Made by a program: the position numbers and the translations under genes
Part shown: positions 39,634 to 49,821 of the stretch, in pieces
Layout of the letters: every line of letters begins with the position of its first letter
Numbering within the stretch: position 1 is the stretch's first letter
Source of the DNA: Cytophagales bacterium
GTDB lineage: Bacteria; Bacteroidota; Bacteroidia; Cytophagales; VRUD01
Reading direction: 5' to 3'
Assembly (NCBI GenBank): GCA_019456305.1
Contig: VRUD01000008.1
Coordinates: 11,222-75,221 of the forward strand
Length of the DNA stretch: 64,000 nucleotides
Notes under the pieces: generated by a model
What the model saw: the letters and a program-made list of their open reading frames with translations, nothing else
Databases searched by the model: none
What the model was told of the DNA's origin: nothing

Positions 39634-39712
39634 TGTTAACGTTGCGAGCCGAAGGCGTGGCAATCCCTGTATTTGGAAGAGATTGCTTCACTGCGCCCGC
39701 AACATTAACATT
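39634..39712. repeat. REP/RPE-like element (TTGCGAG..GGCAATC..GAGATTGCTTC) upstream of rpsO
   Basis: tgttaacgttgcgagc...gcccgcaacattaaca outer arms with an inner GCAATC/GATTGC stem. Confidence 0.6.
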
Positions 39713-40090
39713 ATTTTTACTTTTTACTTTTTACTTTTTACTTTTTACTTTTTTTATTGTTTCAAACGGGATCGCAAATGTAGGGATATTTTTATTTATA
39801 ACAAAAAAAGTAAGAAAATAATAAATTTGGTGTAACGAAAATAAAGATTGATACATTTTATTGGATTCAAATTTCATCTATATAACTTAATTTTATTATT
39901 TTTGAAGAAATTTTATACACCAACTTTTTTTCATTTGACTTTAAATGGTGGTAATAGCGGTGGCAGCAGGTTGTAAATAGGGAATTAGGGAATAAAGGAA
40001 CCTTCGTTTACACAAATGTTCACAATTTAAAACAAATAAGTATAAAGATATAGATACAGATGCAGATTTTAAGGACGAAATTCCTTTCTA

Positions 40091-42712
40091 ATGAAATTCG
40101 TAAACGTAATCCTCCCCCTCCCTCTTCCCAAACCATATACGTATAAAGTCCCGTCAGAATTAGATTCTCTGGTTAAAATTGGCTCAAGGGTAATTGTTCA
40201 GTTCGGCAAAAAAAGGATACTTACCGCTGTTATCGTTCATATCCATGAAAATCCACCGCAGGAATATGAAGCAAAATATCTTATGGAATTGTTGGATGAT
40301 GAGCCAAGCTTTAATTCCCACCAGTTTGAGCTTTTTAACTGGATTGCAGAATATTATATGTGCACTATTGGGGAAGTGCTCAACGCTGCATTGCCTTCGG
40401 GATTAAAATTATCCAGCGAGTCAAAGATCCAATTACATCCCCTGCATAGTGTAGAGACGCCCCACGGTAGAGACGTCCAAATTGGGCGTCTCTACCGTGG
40501 GGCGTCTCTACACTACACACCTGATGAAGAAAAGATCATTTCAGCGCTAAAAAAATATGAAACTATTCCCTATAACGAAGTATCAAAACTATTGGATAAA
40601 AAAAACATTAACCCTCTCATCAAATCACTGATAGCTAAAGGAGCCATCATCATTTTTGAAGAAGTAGCAGAAAAATACAAGCCTAAATTCGTCAACAAAA
40701 TTCGTCTCAACCAAAAATACGTCAAATCTAAAAAGGAACTGGAAAATTTGTTCAATGAACTGGAAAAAAAACCTCAGCAATTAGATGTTCTTTTAAAATA
40801 TCTCCAACATATCCCTCTACAAGATAATCTCCAACTGAACAATGAGGGACTAGACAAAAATAATTTGACAAAATCTTCAGGGGTTCAAAATTTTGGTAGA
40901 GACGCCCAATTTGGTCGTCTCTACCAAAATTTTGAACCCCTGAAAAACAACCCAGAACCCAGCACCCAGACCCCAGTATCCCTCTCTGCACTCAATACCC
41001 TTATAAAAAACAAAATATTTGAGCAGTTCGAAATCATTGTTTCCAGATTTGAAGACACTCATGGATCCGCAGAAAAGGCCAGTTCCGAAATAATTCTTAC
41101 TGATCATCAGCAAAAAGCAAGAGACAGCATATTAAAACAATTAGATGAAAAAGAAATTGTCTTACTCCACGGCATCACCGGCAGCGGCAAGACAGAGATC
41201 TATATTGACCTGATCCAAAAGGCATTGGAGAGCGGTTCGCAAGTGCTGTACCTGCTTCCCGAAATTGCACTAACCACTCAAATAGTCAGCCGATTGAGAA
41301 AAGTCTTTGGTAAGAGCATGGGTGTTTATCACTCCAGGTTCTCGGATAATGAGCGCGTGGAAGTATGGCAGGGTGTGATTTCAGGTAAATTTTCATTTGT
41401 AGTTGGTGTTCGCTCATCCATTTTCTTACCCTTTGACAACCTCGGCCTTATCATCGTAGATGAAGAACATGACAGCTCTTACAAACAACACGATCCTGCA
41501 CCAAGGTACAATGCGAAGGATACTGCCCTGATGCTTGCCCGTCTTCATAAGTGCAAAATTTTATTAGGGTCAGCTACACCTTCTGTTGAATCTTATTTTC
41601 AAAGCAAGGAAGGAAAATACGGATTAGTCGACTTAAAAATACGTTATGGAGTTGCTCAACTGCCTGAAATTATATTAGTGGATATAAGAGCATTGTTCCA
41701 GGCAAAGGGCAAGAACCTTTTTTTCTCTAAAGATATATTAGATGGACTAAAAAAATCCATCAATAACCATGAACAAGCTATTTTATTTCAAAACAGGAGG
41801 GGCTACGCACCCTACATTACTTGTAATGATTGTGCCTGGATAAAAAAATGCAGCCAATGTTCCGTAAGCCTGACCTACCACATGCACACCAATGAGCTAA
41901 GATGCCATTATTGCGGATATAAAGAACGGACGCCACAAAGCTGCCCGGCCTGCGGTTCTGCAAAAGTCATAACAATGCGCTATGGAACCGAACAAATTGA
42001 AGAAGAGCTTAAGCTATTACTCCCGGATGCTAACATCCAACGAATGGACTCTGACACAACCAGGAAAAAATACAGCTATCAAAATATCATTGACGATTTT
42101 GAATCACGCAAAACAGACATCCTGATTGGTACACAGATGGTGACCAAGGGCCTGGACTTTGACAACGTAAGACTAGTGGGAATTTTTGATATAGACCGTA
42201 TGATACATTTCCCCGATTTCCGCTCGCAGGAGAGAACTTTTCAGATGCTTACGCAGGTGAGCGGCCGTTCGGGAAGAAGAGATGTACAGGGAAAAGTTAT
42301 CATCCAGACATCAAATCCTAACCAGCCGGTCTTTGAAAAGATCATTCATAATGATTATTGCGGCTTATTTGAAAATGAGCTCCCGGAAAGAAAAAAATAT
42401 AATTACCCGCCTTTCTCAAGGTTGATCAAAATTTCAGTAAAACACAAAGACCGGGATATTGCCGGGTTTACTGCCCAATTTTTAGCACAGAAACTCAACG
42501 GGAACTTAGGCCAATCCAGGGTTCTCGGCCCGGAATCACCGCTCATAGATAAGATCCGGAACCTGTTTATCAAAGATATTATTATAAAATTGGAAAAGGG
42601 GAAAATAAACTTAGAAAAGGCAAAAGCGCTTATCAGTGATGCTGTCCGGCAAACGCAGAAAGTAAAGGAATTTAAGAATCCGTATATTGTGGTTGATGTG
42701 GATCCGGTTTAG
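40091..42712 (+). CDS. priA: Primosomal protein N' with two palindromic in-frame insertions
   Basis: LHGITGSGKT, LLPEIALT, DEEHD.SYKQ, NRRGY, CxxC clusters, GTQMVTKGLDF, VDVDP. Confidence 0.97.
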   Translation: MKFVNVILPLPLPKPYTYKVPSELDSLVKIGSRVIVQFGKKRILTAVIVHIHENPPQEYEAKYLMELLDDEPSFNSHQFELFNWIAEYYMCTIGEVLNAALPSGLKLSSESKIQLHPLHSVETPHGRDVQIGRLYRGASLHYTPDEEKIISALKKYETIPYNEVSKLLDKKNINPLIKSLIAKGAIIIFEEVAEKYKPKFVNKIRLNQKYVKSKKELENLFNELEKKPQQLDVLLKYLQHIPLQDNLQLNNEGLDKNNLTKSSGVQNFGRDAQFGRLYQNFEPLKNNPEPSTQTPVSLSALNTLIKNKIFEQFEIIVSRFEDTHGSAEKASSEIILTDHQQKARDSILKQLDEKEIVLLHGITGSGKTEIYIDLIQKALESGSQVLYLLPEIALTTQIVSRLRKVFGKSMGVYHSRFSDNERVEVWQGVISGKFSFVVGVRSSIFLPFDNLGLIIVDEEHDSSYKQHDPAPRYNAKDTALMLARLHKCKILLGSATPSVESYFQSKEGKYGLVDLKIRYGVAQLPEIILVDIRALFQAKGKNLFFSKDILDGLKKSINNHEQAILFQNRRGYAPYITCNDCAWIKKCSQCSVSLTYHMHTNELRCHYCGYKERTPQSCPACGSAKVITMRYGTEQIEEELKLLLPDANIQRMDSDTTRKKYSYQNIIDDFESRKTDILIGTQMVTKGLDFDNVRLVGIFDIDRMIHFPDFRSQERTFQMLTQVSGRSGRRDVQGKVIIQTSNPNQPVFEKIIHNDYCGLFENELPERKKYNYPPFSRLIKISVKHKDRDIAGFTAQFLAQKLNGNLGQSRVLGPESPLIDKIRNLFIKDIIIKLEKGKINLEKAKALISDAVRQTQKVKEFKNPYIVVDVDPV
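40447..40515. repeat. 69-bp REP-within-REP palindrome in priA
   Basis: TAGT-GTAGAGACGCCCCACG-GTAGAGACGTCCAAATTGGGCGTCTCTAC-CGTGGGGCGTCTCTAC-ACTA. Confidence 0.93.
40876..40978. repeat. 69-bp nested palindrome plus ACCCAG heptamer array in priA
   Basis: TTCAGGGGTTCAAAATTTTG-GTAGAGACG..CGTCTCTAC-CAAAATTTTGAACCCCTGAA, then acccaga acccagc acccaga ccccagt. Confidence 0.92.
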
Positions 42713-42798
42713 ATGGAAATTTATTTTATCACTAATCAGTTACTTTCCAAAACGTGCTTTTTAGACACAATTATTTATTAATTTCTTTATTCATAACT

Positions 42799-42941
42799 GA
42801 GTCCACTCTAATAAGTCCAAAAAATAAAAATGCCACCAAAACACTAAATCCCACAAAATACTGAAAATCAATTAGTTAATTTTTGGTGGAATTTAGTGTT
42901 TTAGTGATTTTGTGGCAAAAATGACTTATTAGAGTGGACTC
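42799..42941. mobile_element. 143-bp MITE with 19-bp perfect TIRs and ACT flanking duplication, with a nested GCCAC..GTGGC element
   Basis: GAGTCCACTCTAATAAGTC...GACTTATTAGAGTGGACTC; inner tgccaccaaaacactaaa...tttagtgattttgtggca. Confidence 0.85.
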
Positions 42942-42976
42942 ACTTCTTAAAATCTAAACCACCTTTCAGCTTACTA

Positions 42977-43615
42977 TCAAACAAAGCCATCGCTACCCAA
43001 ATCCAATAATAAAATAAGCAGGACCAGGAGTAGAACCATAATCGATAAAATAATTTCCACCGCAGCAATTCTTAAAACTGCTCTTGCCAGGCCTCTGCTT
43101 TTCCATCTGTCGGGGTGTTTTTTTATTTGATGCAGCCCAATTGCGGAGAAAATTACTCCTAAAAGCCACAGCGGGAAAAGAATATGCCCAAGCACAAAAC
43201 AGATAAATCCGAGAAGCGCCATTCCGTTTAGTTTGCTTCCATCACTGTGCAGTGTGGCAGGCGTGATTTCTTTTTTCCCAAAAGGTTCAATAGTATATTC
43301 ATCCTGGTCTTCTACAGCAGTAGTTTTTTCGTTATCAACTGCCCACAGATAAATTTTTTCTTTTTCCAGAGCCGGCTGATCGCCTACCGATGCAGTAATT
43401 GTTTCACCTGCGAATGTTTCCGTTGCTGCAATTTCAGCTTCAGTTTCCTTTATTTTATTGCTTCCGCCTGCTGCTTGCTGTTCACCGGAATGATGCCCTC
43501 TTTTTTTCCATTCCACATGATAGCCGGAAAAGTAAATCCGCTTTTCCATATTGCACGAAGCCAGCAGACAGCTAATGCTTAGCGCTGTGAATGAAAATAA
43601 TTTTAGGTGCTTCAT
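42977..43615 (-). CDS. Lipoprotein with DUF4190-like C-terminal membrane domain
   Basis: Lipobox LLASC; GYHVEW; NGMALLGFI...GVIFSAIGLHQIKK...RGLA. Confidence 0.7.
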   Translation of the reverse strand: MKHLKLFSFTALSISCLLASCNMEKRIYFSGYHVEWKKRGHHSGEQQAAGGSNKIKETEAEIAATETFAGETITASVGDQPALEKEKIYLWAVDNEKTTAVEDQDEYTIEPFGKKEITPATLHSDGSKLNGMALLGFICFVLGHILFPLWLLGVIFSAIGLHQIKKHPDRWKSRGLARAVLRIAAVEIILSIMVLLLVLLILLLDLGSDGFV

Positions 43616-43636
43616 TGTTTATAGTTTATTGTTTAT

Positions 43637-43795
43637 TTATTTACCTTTATTTTTAATTAAATAATAGATCTTTAATATTATATAAACCGCAGTTCCTAAC
43701 AAAATTAGAAACCCTAAATAGGGGTTTATTGCATTGAGCTTCTCCATAGATGCCAGTACAATAATCGCTAAAATTATATCTAAAGTTGATTCCAT
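43637..43795 (-). CDS. Putative 52-aa 2-TM microprotein
   Basis: Manual translation MESTLDIILAIIVLASMEKLNAINPYLGFLILLGTAVYIILKIYYLIKNKGK. Confidence 0.45.
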   Translation of the reverse strand: MESTLDIILAIIVLASMEKLNAINPYLGFLILLGTAVYIILKIYYLIKNKGK

Positions 43796-43944
43796 AATTG
43801 TCATCTTTCACCACGTTGTACAGGATGAAAGCATTTTAAGTTTGGGAAAAATTAATGCTTTTTATATTAGCAAACAAATTTAATAAATAAGTTTCTACAA
43901 AAATATGAATTTAATATTATTTTAACAACTTTTACAAAAAAATC

Positions 43945-44688
43945 ATGAAAGACGCAATAACACAACAAAAGCCAGATAATAATAAAAGCGACTATTACCG
44001 AAGCGTAGTCATCGTTGAATCAATCGTTATTGTCGGTTATTTTGTCCTGGAAGATATATTATTGATTGTAACCTACCAGGAGTTATTGGATCTTCAATTC
44101 TTGATCAAATACATCAACCTGATCCATCTGGCGCTTGCAGGCGGCTATGCATTTGTATTATGCATATTGATAAAAAATCACAGTGAAAATAAGGCCCTGA
44201 TCATTTTTGTTTTCGCCACGCTTTCAGTGCTTTTTTTAATAGCTGTCATGGCCGAAAATCCGTTTTACAAATTTGTTGATGATAACCGGCCTTTTTATTA
44301 CATTATACAAACCGCACTGATCATTATTGAGGGAATTGTTTTGGCTTATGCGGTTTTGGATATTTTTAAAAAAGGAGAAATTACCACGAACCATATATGG
44401 GGCGCTGCCTGTATTTACCTGACCTTTGGTATTTCTTTCGGAAGCATTTATCAATTCGTTCACCTCATACAACCCGCCTGTTTTGGTGTATATATCCCCT
44501 CCGGATTCGGAAGCTGGCTTGAGTGTATCTATTACAGCTTTAATGTATTGTGCGGGCTTGAACCTGCCTATGCTGATGTATCCCACCTGGTAAGAAACCT
44601 TGCGGTAATAGAAGCGATCGGAGGTAACCTGTATCTTGTATTATTGATCGGAAGGATTTTGGGGATGCCGGGGGTGGTGGAGAAGTAA
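43945..44688 (+). CDS. Ion-channel-like (Ion_trans_2-related) membrane protein
   Basis: IWGAACIYL, IYYSF, RNLAVIEAIGGNLYLVLLIGR; canonical K+ filter not evident. Confidence 0.7.
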   Translation: MKDAITQQKPDNNKSDYYRSVVIVESIVIVGYFVLEDILLIVTYQELLDLQFLIKYINLIHLALAGGYAFVLCILIKNHSENKALIIFVFATLSVLFLIAVMAENPFYKFVDDNRPFYYIIQTALIIIEGIVLAYAVLDIFKKGEITTNHIWGAACIYLTFGISFGSIYQFVHLIQPACFGVYIPSGFGSWLECIYYSFNVLCGLEPAYADVSHLVRNLAVIEAIGGNLYLVLLIGRILGMPGVVEK

Positions 44689-44826
44689 TTGACAGTTGGC
44701 ATTACTCACATATTTACGAACCAAAAAAAATTACGCTTTTAGAAGAATTACCTTATGAAATTAGAAATAAACTAAAAAAAGTTTATATTGAAATAATAAA
44801 ATCATTATCTTTGTAAAATAAAAATA

Positions 44827-44925
44827 ATGTTATTGAATGTTACTATTATTTGCGTTGGTGTATTGATTGTTGGTATTTTTGCCTTTATAATTTCTTACAG
44901 GGAAGACCATCCTAAAAAGGCTTAA
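44827..44925 (+). CDS. Putative 32-aa single-TM microprotein
   Basis: MLLNVTIICVGVLIVGIFAFIISYREDHPKKA; TATCTTTG at 44806-44813. Confidence 0.45.
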   Translation: MLLNVTIICVGVLIVGIFAFIISYREDHPKKA

Positions 44926-44941
44926 AATAAATAATAAAAGT

Positions 44942-47131
44942 CTATCTCAAAAACAGCATCTCCTTGTACTTCACCAAAGGCCAATGCTCATCATCTACAA
45001 CCATCTCCAGCTTATCTGCATGATAGCGGATGGTTTCAAAATAACTGACAACCTTATCACAATACGCTATCGCTCTTTTCCGGGTATCTACTGTTTTATT
45101 GGCTTTCTTTCTGGCATTGATCATCGCTTCAACGTTGGTCTTGATCGCATAAATATGCTCAGAGATCTTTTTGAGAATATCTAAAGTAGCTGTGCGATGG
45201 CTGCCATTGACACCAACCTCCTTTAAGCCTTTTACATTGGTGATCAGCTTATTCTGATAGCTTATAGCAGTCGGAATAATTTGGTTGAACACCATGTCAC
45301 CCATTATTCTTGATTCTATCTGAACCTTCCTGATGTAATTTTCCAGCCTTATTTCATGGCGTGCCTCCAGCTCATGTTCTCCGAATATATCAAATTTTCC
45401 GAACAGTTTCTTAGCCTTTTCAGAAACATAAGCATCAAGCGCCCTGGGTGTAGATTTAATGTTAGGCAAACCTCTCATCTCTGCTTCTTTGATCCATTCT
45501 TCCGCATAATTATTTCCCTCAAATCGTATCTTTTTAGAGGCTTTAATACAATCTCTCAATACATTGATAATGGCTATCTCTCTCTTAGTACCCTTTGAAA
45601 TTTGCTTATCTACCTGACCTTGGAATTCTATAAGCTGGTTGGCAACGATGGTATTTAAAACCAGCATAGGAGCTGCATTGTTGGCAGAAGCGCCAACAGC
45701 CCTGAACTCAAACTTGTTGCCGGTAAATGCAAAAGGGGAAGTCCTGTTCCTGTCGGTATTGTCTAATAAAATTTCCGGGATCTTATTAATACCAAGCTTT
45801 AAATATACATTGTCTCCTTTATCAATTTTGACCTTGGCGTTCTTTTCAAGCTCATCCAATACTGCCGTTAATTGTGAACCAATAAATACTGAAATAATAG
45901 CCGGGGGCGCTTCATTGGCTCCTAGCCGGTAATCATTGCCTGCCGAAGCAACGGAGGCTCTTAACAGGTCAGCATAATCGTAAATGGCTTTGATGGTATT
46001 GACAAAGAAAACAAGAAACCGGAGGTTATCTTTAGGCTTCCTACCCGGATCAAGGAGGTTTATGCCTGTATTGGTTATCATTGACCAGTTGTTATGCTTA
46101 CCGCTTCCATTGATGCCTGCAAATGGTTTTTCATGCAGCAACACCTTAAAATTATGACGCTCGGCAACTTTGTCCATTAGGTCCATCAGCATCTGGTTGT
46201 GATCAACAGCTAAATTGGCTTCTTCAAAGGATGGCGCACATTCAAACTGGCTGGGAGCAACTTCATTATGACGCGTTCTTACAGGAATACCAAGCTTGAG
46301 CGCTTCGATCTCAAAATCTACCATATAAGCATGCACCCTGGAAGGAATTGACCCAAAATAATGATCTTCCAACTGCTGGTCTTTGGCAGAACTACGGCCC
46401 AAAACAGTTCGTCCTGTCAGCATCAGGTCCGGACGGGCGTTGTACAAGGCTTTGTCAATCAGGAAGTATTCCTGTTCGGGTCCCAGGGTCGCTACTACCT
46501 TATTCACATTCCGGTCAAAATATTGACAAATACTCGTAGCTGCCTGATCCAATACGGTTAAGGATTTGAGCATGGGTGTTTTATAATCCAGCGCTTCACC
46601 GGTATAAGAAACAAAAATTGTTGGAATACATAAGGTTTTGCAATCATTTTTCTCTAAGATGAAAGCCGGAGATGTGGGATCCCATGCTGTATAGCCTCTT
46701 GCTTCAAAAGTATTGCGAATGCCTCCACTGGGAAATGAAGAAGCATCCGGCTCTTGTTGTACCAGCTCCTTTCCAGCAAATTTTTCCATTGGTTTTGGCA
46801 ATCCGTTTAGTTCATAAAAGGCATCATGCTTTTCTGCCGTTGCCCCTGTCAGGGGTTGAAACCAATGGGTATAATGGGTAACCCCTTTTGAGATCGCCCA
46901 TGACATCATTACAGAAGCTACCTCATCAGCAACTTCCCGGTCTATCCTTTTTCCATGCCCAATCGCAGCTTCAACACGCCTGAAGATTGATGAAGAAAGC
47001 CTGGTACGCATGGCTTCGGCATTAAATACATTTGACCCCAGGTAATCAGATATCCTCTCTGACGGGGCCTTTACTGCTACAGGTTTCCTGCTGCCTGCAG
47101 CTTCGAGCGCTTTGAATCGTAATACTGACAT
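44942..47131 (-). CDS. glnA: Glutamine synthetase type III
   Basis: THWFQPLTG.TAEKHD, EPDASSFP, HNEVAP.QFE, NGSGKHNNWS, DRNRTSPFAFTGNKFEFR. Confidence 0.96.
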   Translation of the reverse strand: MSVLRFKALEAAGSRKPVAVKAPSERISDYLGSNVFNAEAMRTRLSSSIFRRVEAAIGHGKRIDREVADEVASVMMSWAISKGVTHYTHWFQPLTGATAEKHDAFYELNGLPKPMEKFAGKELVQQEPDASSFPSGGIRNTFEARGYTAWDPTSPAFILEKNDCKTLCIPTIFVSYTGEALDYKTPMLKSLTVLDQAATSICQYFDRNVNKVVATLGPEQEYFLIDKALYNARPDLMLTGRTVLGRSSAKDQQLEDHYFGSIPSRVHAYMVDFEIEALKLGIPVRTRHNEVAPSQFECAPSFEEANLAVDHNQMLMDLMDKVAERHNFKVLLHEKPFAGINGSGKHNNWSMITNTGINLLDPGRKPKDNLRFLVFFVNTIKAIYDYADLLRASVASAGNDYRLGANEAPPAIISVFIGSQLTAVLDELEKNAKVKIDKGDNVYLKLGINKIPEILLDNTDRNRTSPFAFTGNKFEFRAVGASANNAAPMLVLNTIVANQLIEFQGQVDKQISKGTKREIAIINVLRDCIKASKKIRFEGNNYAEEWIKEAEMRGLPNIKSTPRALDAYVSEKAKKLFGKFDIFGEHELEARHEIRLENYIRKVQIESRIMGDMVFNQIIPTAISYQNKLITNVKGLKEVGVNGSHRTATLDILKKISEHIYAIKTNVEAMINARKKANKTVDTRKRAIAYCDKVVSYFETIRYHADKLEMVVDDEHWPLVKYKEMLFLR

Positions 47132-47466
47132 TTGTTTAAAGTTTATAGTTTAAAATGTAAATTGTAAAACACAGAGCGCATGGCCCCGGGTACCCGGGGC
47201 TATACGAGAAATTTTTGGGGCAAATATATGAAAAAATATTATATGCAAGAAAATTAGGTTAAATTTTAATAGGTAAGTAGGAAATTTTATGCTTTTTTGT
47301 AAGAAAGCACCCTATTTTAGTGGGGTATTTTGAAAAATGTAGATAAAATACGGGAAACTATATTGAAACTTTAACCAATTTTAAGACTTTCTATAAAAAT
47401 CATTGCATCATCATGATATTGTTAAATTGTCCTATTGTTCTATTGTCTATTGTCTATTGTTCTTAC

Positions 47467-47474
47467 TACCTTTG
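47467..47474 (+). promoter_or_regulatory. Bacteroidota -7 promoter element
   Basis: TACCTTTG about 30 bp upstream of ATG 47503, preceded by a CTATTGT array. Confidence 0.55.
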
Positions 47475-47502
47475 TAATTCCATTAAGTAAATCTCTATTC
47501 AA

Positions 47503-49554
47503 ATGAAGAAGAGACTATTTTTTCTTATAACTTATTTCCTGTTCTGGGTCATTTATTTTGTTATCACCAAAATCGTTTTCCTGCTGTATCACTACAAGTT
47601 GAGCGCTGAGCTTGATCTTGGTACAATTCTATTAATACTGGTCAATGGATTAAAGCTTGACATTTCATTCACTGCTTACACATCTGTTATCCCATTCTTT
47701 ATAATCTCATTATCATATTATCTTCCTGATCGTTTTACAAAATATTCAATTACTTTTTATACGATAATTATCTTAATACTTGTTTCTGTATTAACTGTGA
47801 TAGATTTGGAATTATACACATACTGGGAATACCGACTGGATGCAACTCCATTGATGTATCTTAAAACTCCTAAAGAAATGTTTGCATCGGTAGAAATGTC
47901 CCAAATTCTGGGCGGTATTTTCTTTTTTGTAATCCTTATTGCCGTTTCGGTTTATTTATTTTTAAAGTCGCACAGCCCCTACCTCCCCCCTCTAACTCCA
48001 AGCCCCCCTGAATCGGAGAAACGGAGAATCGGAGAAACGGAGAACAGGAAAACGAAGCGATTCACCGATTCACCAATTCACCCATTCACCGATTCGGTAA
48101 GGAATAGTGGCAGGAGGGATTTAGGGGGGGCTGGTTTTATTATTATCCTTTTTCTAACAGCATGTTTGATCATTCCCATCAGGGGTGGTTTTCAACTCGC
48201 TGCCATTAATCAAAGTCACGTTTATTTTTCAAAAAACAACTTTGCCAATCATGCTGCCGTCAATGTACCCTGGAATTTTTGTCATTCTATCGTTGAAAGA
48301 TCTTTTGAAAAAACAAATCCCTATAACTACTTACCTGAAGAGGAAGCCAAAGAAATTGTTAAAGAGCTGTTCAAAACTACTTCTATCCAGGAACAAGGGA
48401 TGGATGGAGAAATCCAAAACCTGCCCGCCAAAGGCCTATGGCAGGCGGGTCTAAAATCTAAAATCCAAAATCCAAACGTACTCCTTATCATTCTTGAAAG
48501 CTTTACTTCAAAACTTATCGGATCATTAGGTGGAGAAAAAGGGATCACTCCTAATTTCAATAAACTGACAAAAGAAGGAATATTATTTACAAACATCTAT
48601 GCGAGCGGAGATAGAAGTGATAAGGGACTGCCAGCTATTTTGAGCGGCTTTCCTGCTCAACCTGTAAGGTCTATAGTTATGATACCAAGTAAGACTGCTA
48701 ACCTACCATTCATAAGCAAGATATTTAAAAAGAATTTTTACCATACATCCTTCTATTATGGCGGTGAGTTAGAATTTGCCAACATTAAATCTTACCTGAT
48801 CAATGGGGAATTTGATAAAATAGTTGGCAAAGATGATTTTGATCCAAAGAATTGGAATTCCAAATGGGGAGCGCATGACCATGTGGTTTTTGACAGGCTG
48901 CTGGATGATCTGGATGTTACGCCAACACCATTTTTTACTACAATATTTACCCTCAGTAGTCACGAACCGTTTGAAATACCAAAAGCTCCCCTCGGTGGGG
49001 TTAGGGGGGGGCTGGATGAAGGGGCAAGATTTTTAAACGCTGCTCATTATACAGATTGGTCATTAGGAGAATTTATTAAACAGGCAAAAAACAAAGCATG
49101 GTGGCATAATACCTTGATCATAATCACCGCAGATCACGGTCACAGGCTCCCGGGATATTCTGCATTGCATCAAAGAGAAAAATTTAAAATCCCCATGCTA
49201 TGGATAGGAGGAGCTATAGAAGATGGAAAATGGGAAATGGGAAATGGGATCAATAAACAAGTTGCTATCATTGATAAAATCGGCTCACAGACGGATATAG
49301 CAAAAACATTGCTCAATCAGATTGGCTTTGAGAGTAAAGGATTTGTCTGGAGTAAAGATCTGCTTGCACCCGGATCAGGATTTGCTTTTTACGTATTCAA
49401 TGATGGATTTGGCTATATAGATACAACCGGTTATATAATATTTGACAATATTTCCGCAAATGTTATGGATGATAAAAACAACGTGACGAAGAGTACTGAG
49501 CGCAAAGGGCAGGCGTATTTACAGCTTTCGTTTCAGGAATATTTGGATTATTAA
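47503..49554 (+). CDS. LTA synthase / sulfatase-like membrane protein with four repeat-derived insertions
   Basis: N-terminal TMs, PIRGG, NVLLIILESF, TLSSHEPF, HYTD, TADHGH. Confidence 0.9.
   Translation: MKKRLFFLITYFLFWVIYFVITKIVFLLYHYKLSAELDLGTILLILVNGLKLDISFTAYTSVIPFFIISLSYYLPDRFTKYSITFYTIIILILVSVLTVIDLELYTYWEYRLDATPLMYLKTPKEMFASVEMSQILGGIFFFVILIAVSVYLFLKSHSPYLPPLTPSPPESEKRRIGETENRKTKRFTDSPIHPFTDSVRNSGRRDLGGAGFIIILFLTACLIIPIRGGFQLAAINQSHVYFSKNNFANHAAVNVPWNFCHSIVERSFEKTNPYNYLPEEEAKEIVKELFKTTSIQEQGMDGEIQNLPAKGLWQAGLKSKIQNPNVLLIILESFTSKLIGSLGGEKGITPNFNKLTKEGILFTNIYASGDRSDKGLPAILSGFPAQPVRSIVMIPSKTANLPFISKIFKKNFYHTSFYYGGELEFANIKSYLINGEFDKIVGKDDFDPKNWNSKWGAHDHVVFDRLLDDLDVTPTPFFTTIFTLSSHEPFEIPKAPLGGVRGGLDEGARFLNAAHYTDWSLGEFIKQAKNKAWWHNTLIIITADHGHRLPGYSALHQREKFKIPMLWIGGAIEDGKWEMGNGINKQVAIIDKIGSQTDIAKTLLNQIGFESKGFVWSKDLLAPGSGFAFYVFNDGFGYIDTTGYIIFDNISANVMDDKNNVTKSTERKGQAYLQLSFQEYLDY
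47973..48133. repeat. Nested coding insertion: C-rich/G-rich REP arms enclosing inverted GAA(T/A)CGGA and CGATTCAC octamer arrays
   Basis: cagcccc..ctaactcc / gaatcggagaaacgga.. / ..cgattcaccgattcac / gagggatttagggggggctg. Confidence 0.85.
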
Positions 49555-49574
49555 ACGCGTGGCGCATAGCCCCG

Positions 49575-49726
49575 CAGTCGGCAGTCCGCAGTCGGCAGTC
49601 CACAGTCGGCAGTGCACAGTCGGCAGTCACAGTCGGCAGTCCACAGTCGGCAGTCCACAGTCGGCAGTCCACAGTCGGCAGTCCACAGTCGGCAGTCAGC
49701 AAATTTGCCGACTGCCAACTGCCAAC
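49575..49726. repeat. Long alternating CAGTCGG/CAGTCCA heptamer array with a short inverted arm
   Basis: (cagtcggcagtcca)n ... gcaaatttgc cgactgccaactgccaac. Confidence 0.92.
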
Positions 49727-49821
49727 TTATTTATGTGCGGGGCATGGCGTTTGCGGTTATTGTTTGGATGTTTACTTTTTTATTTGTATATTTGTTTTTT
49801 ATTTACAGCAAGTCTTAAACC

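Noticed and set aside
49575..49726. Possible CRISPR array
   Set aside because: Contiguous 7-bp units with no unique spacers; no cas genes in the window.
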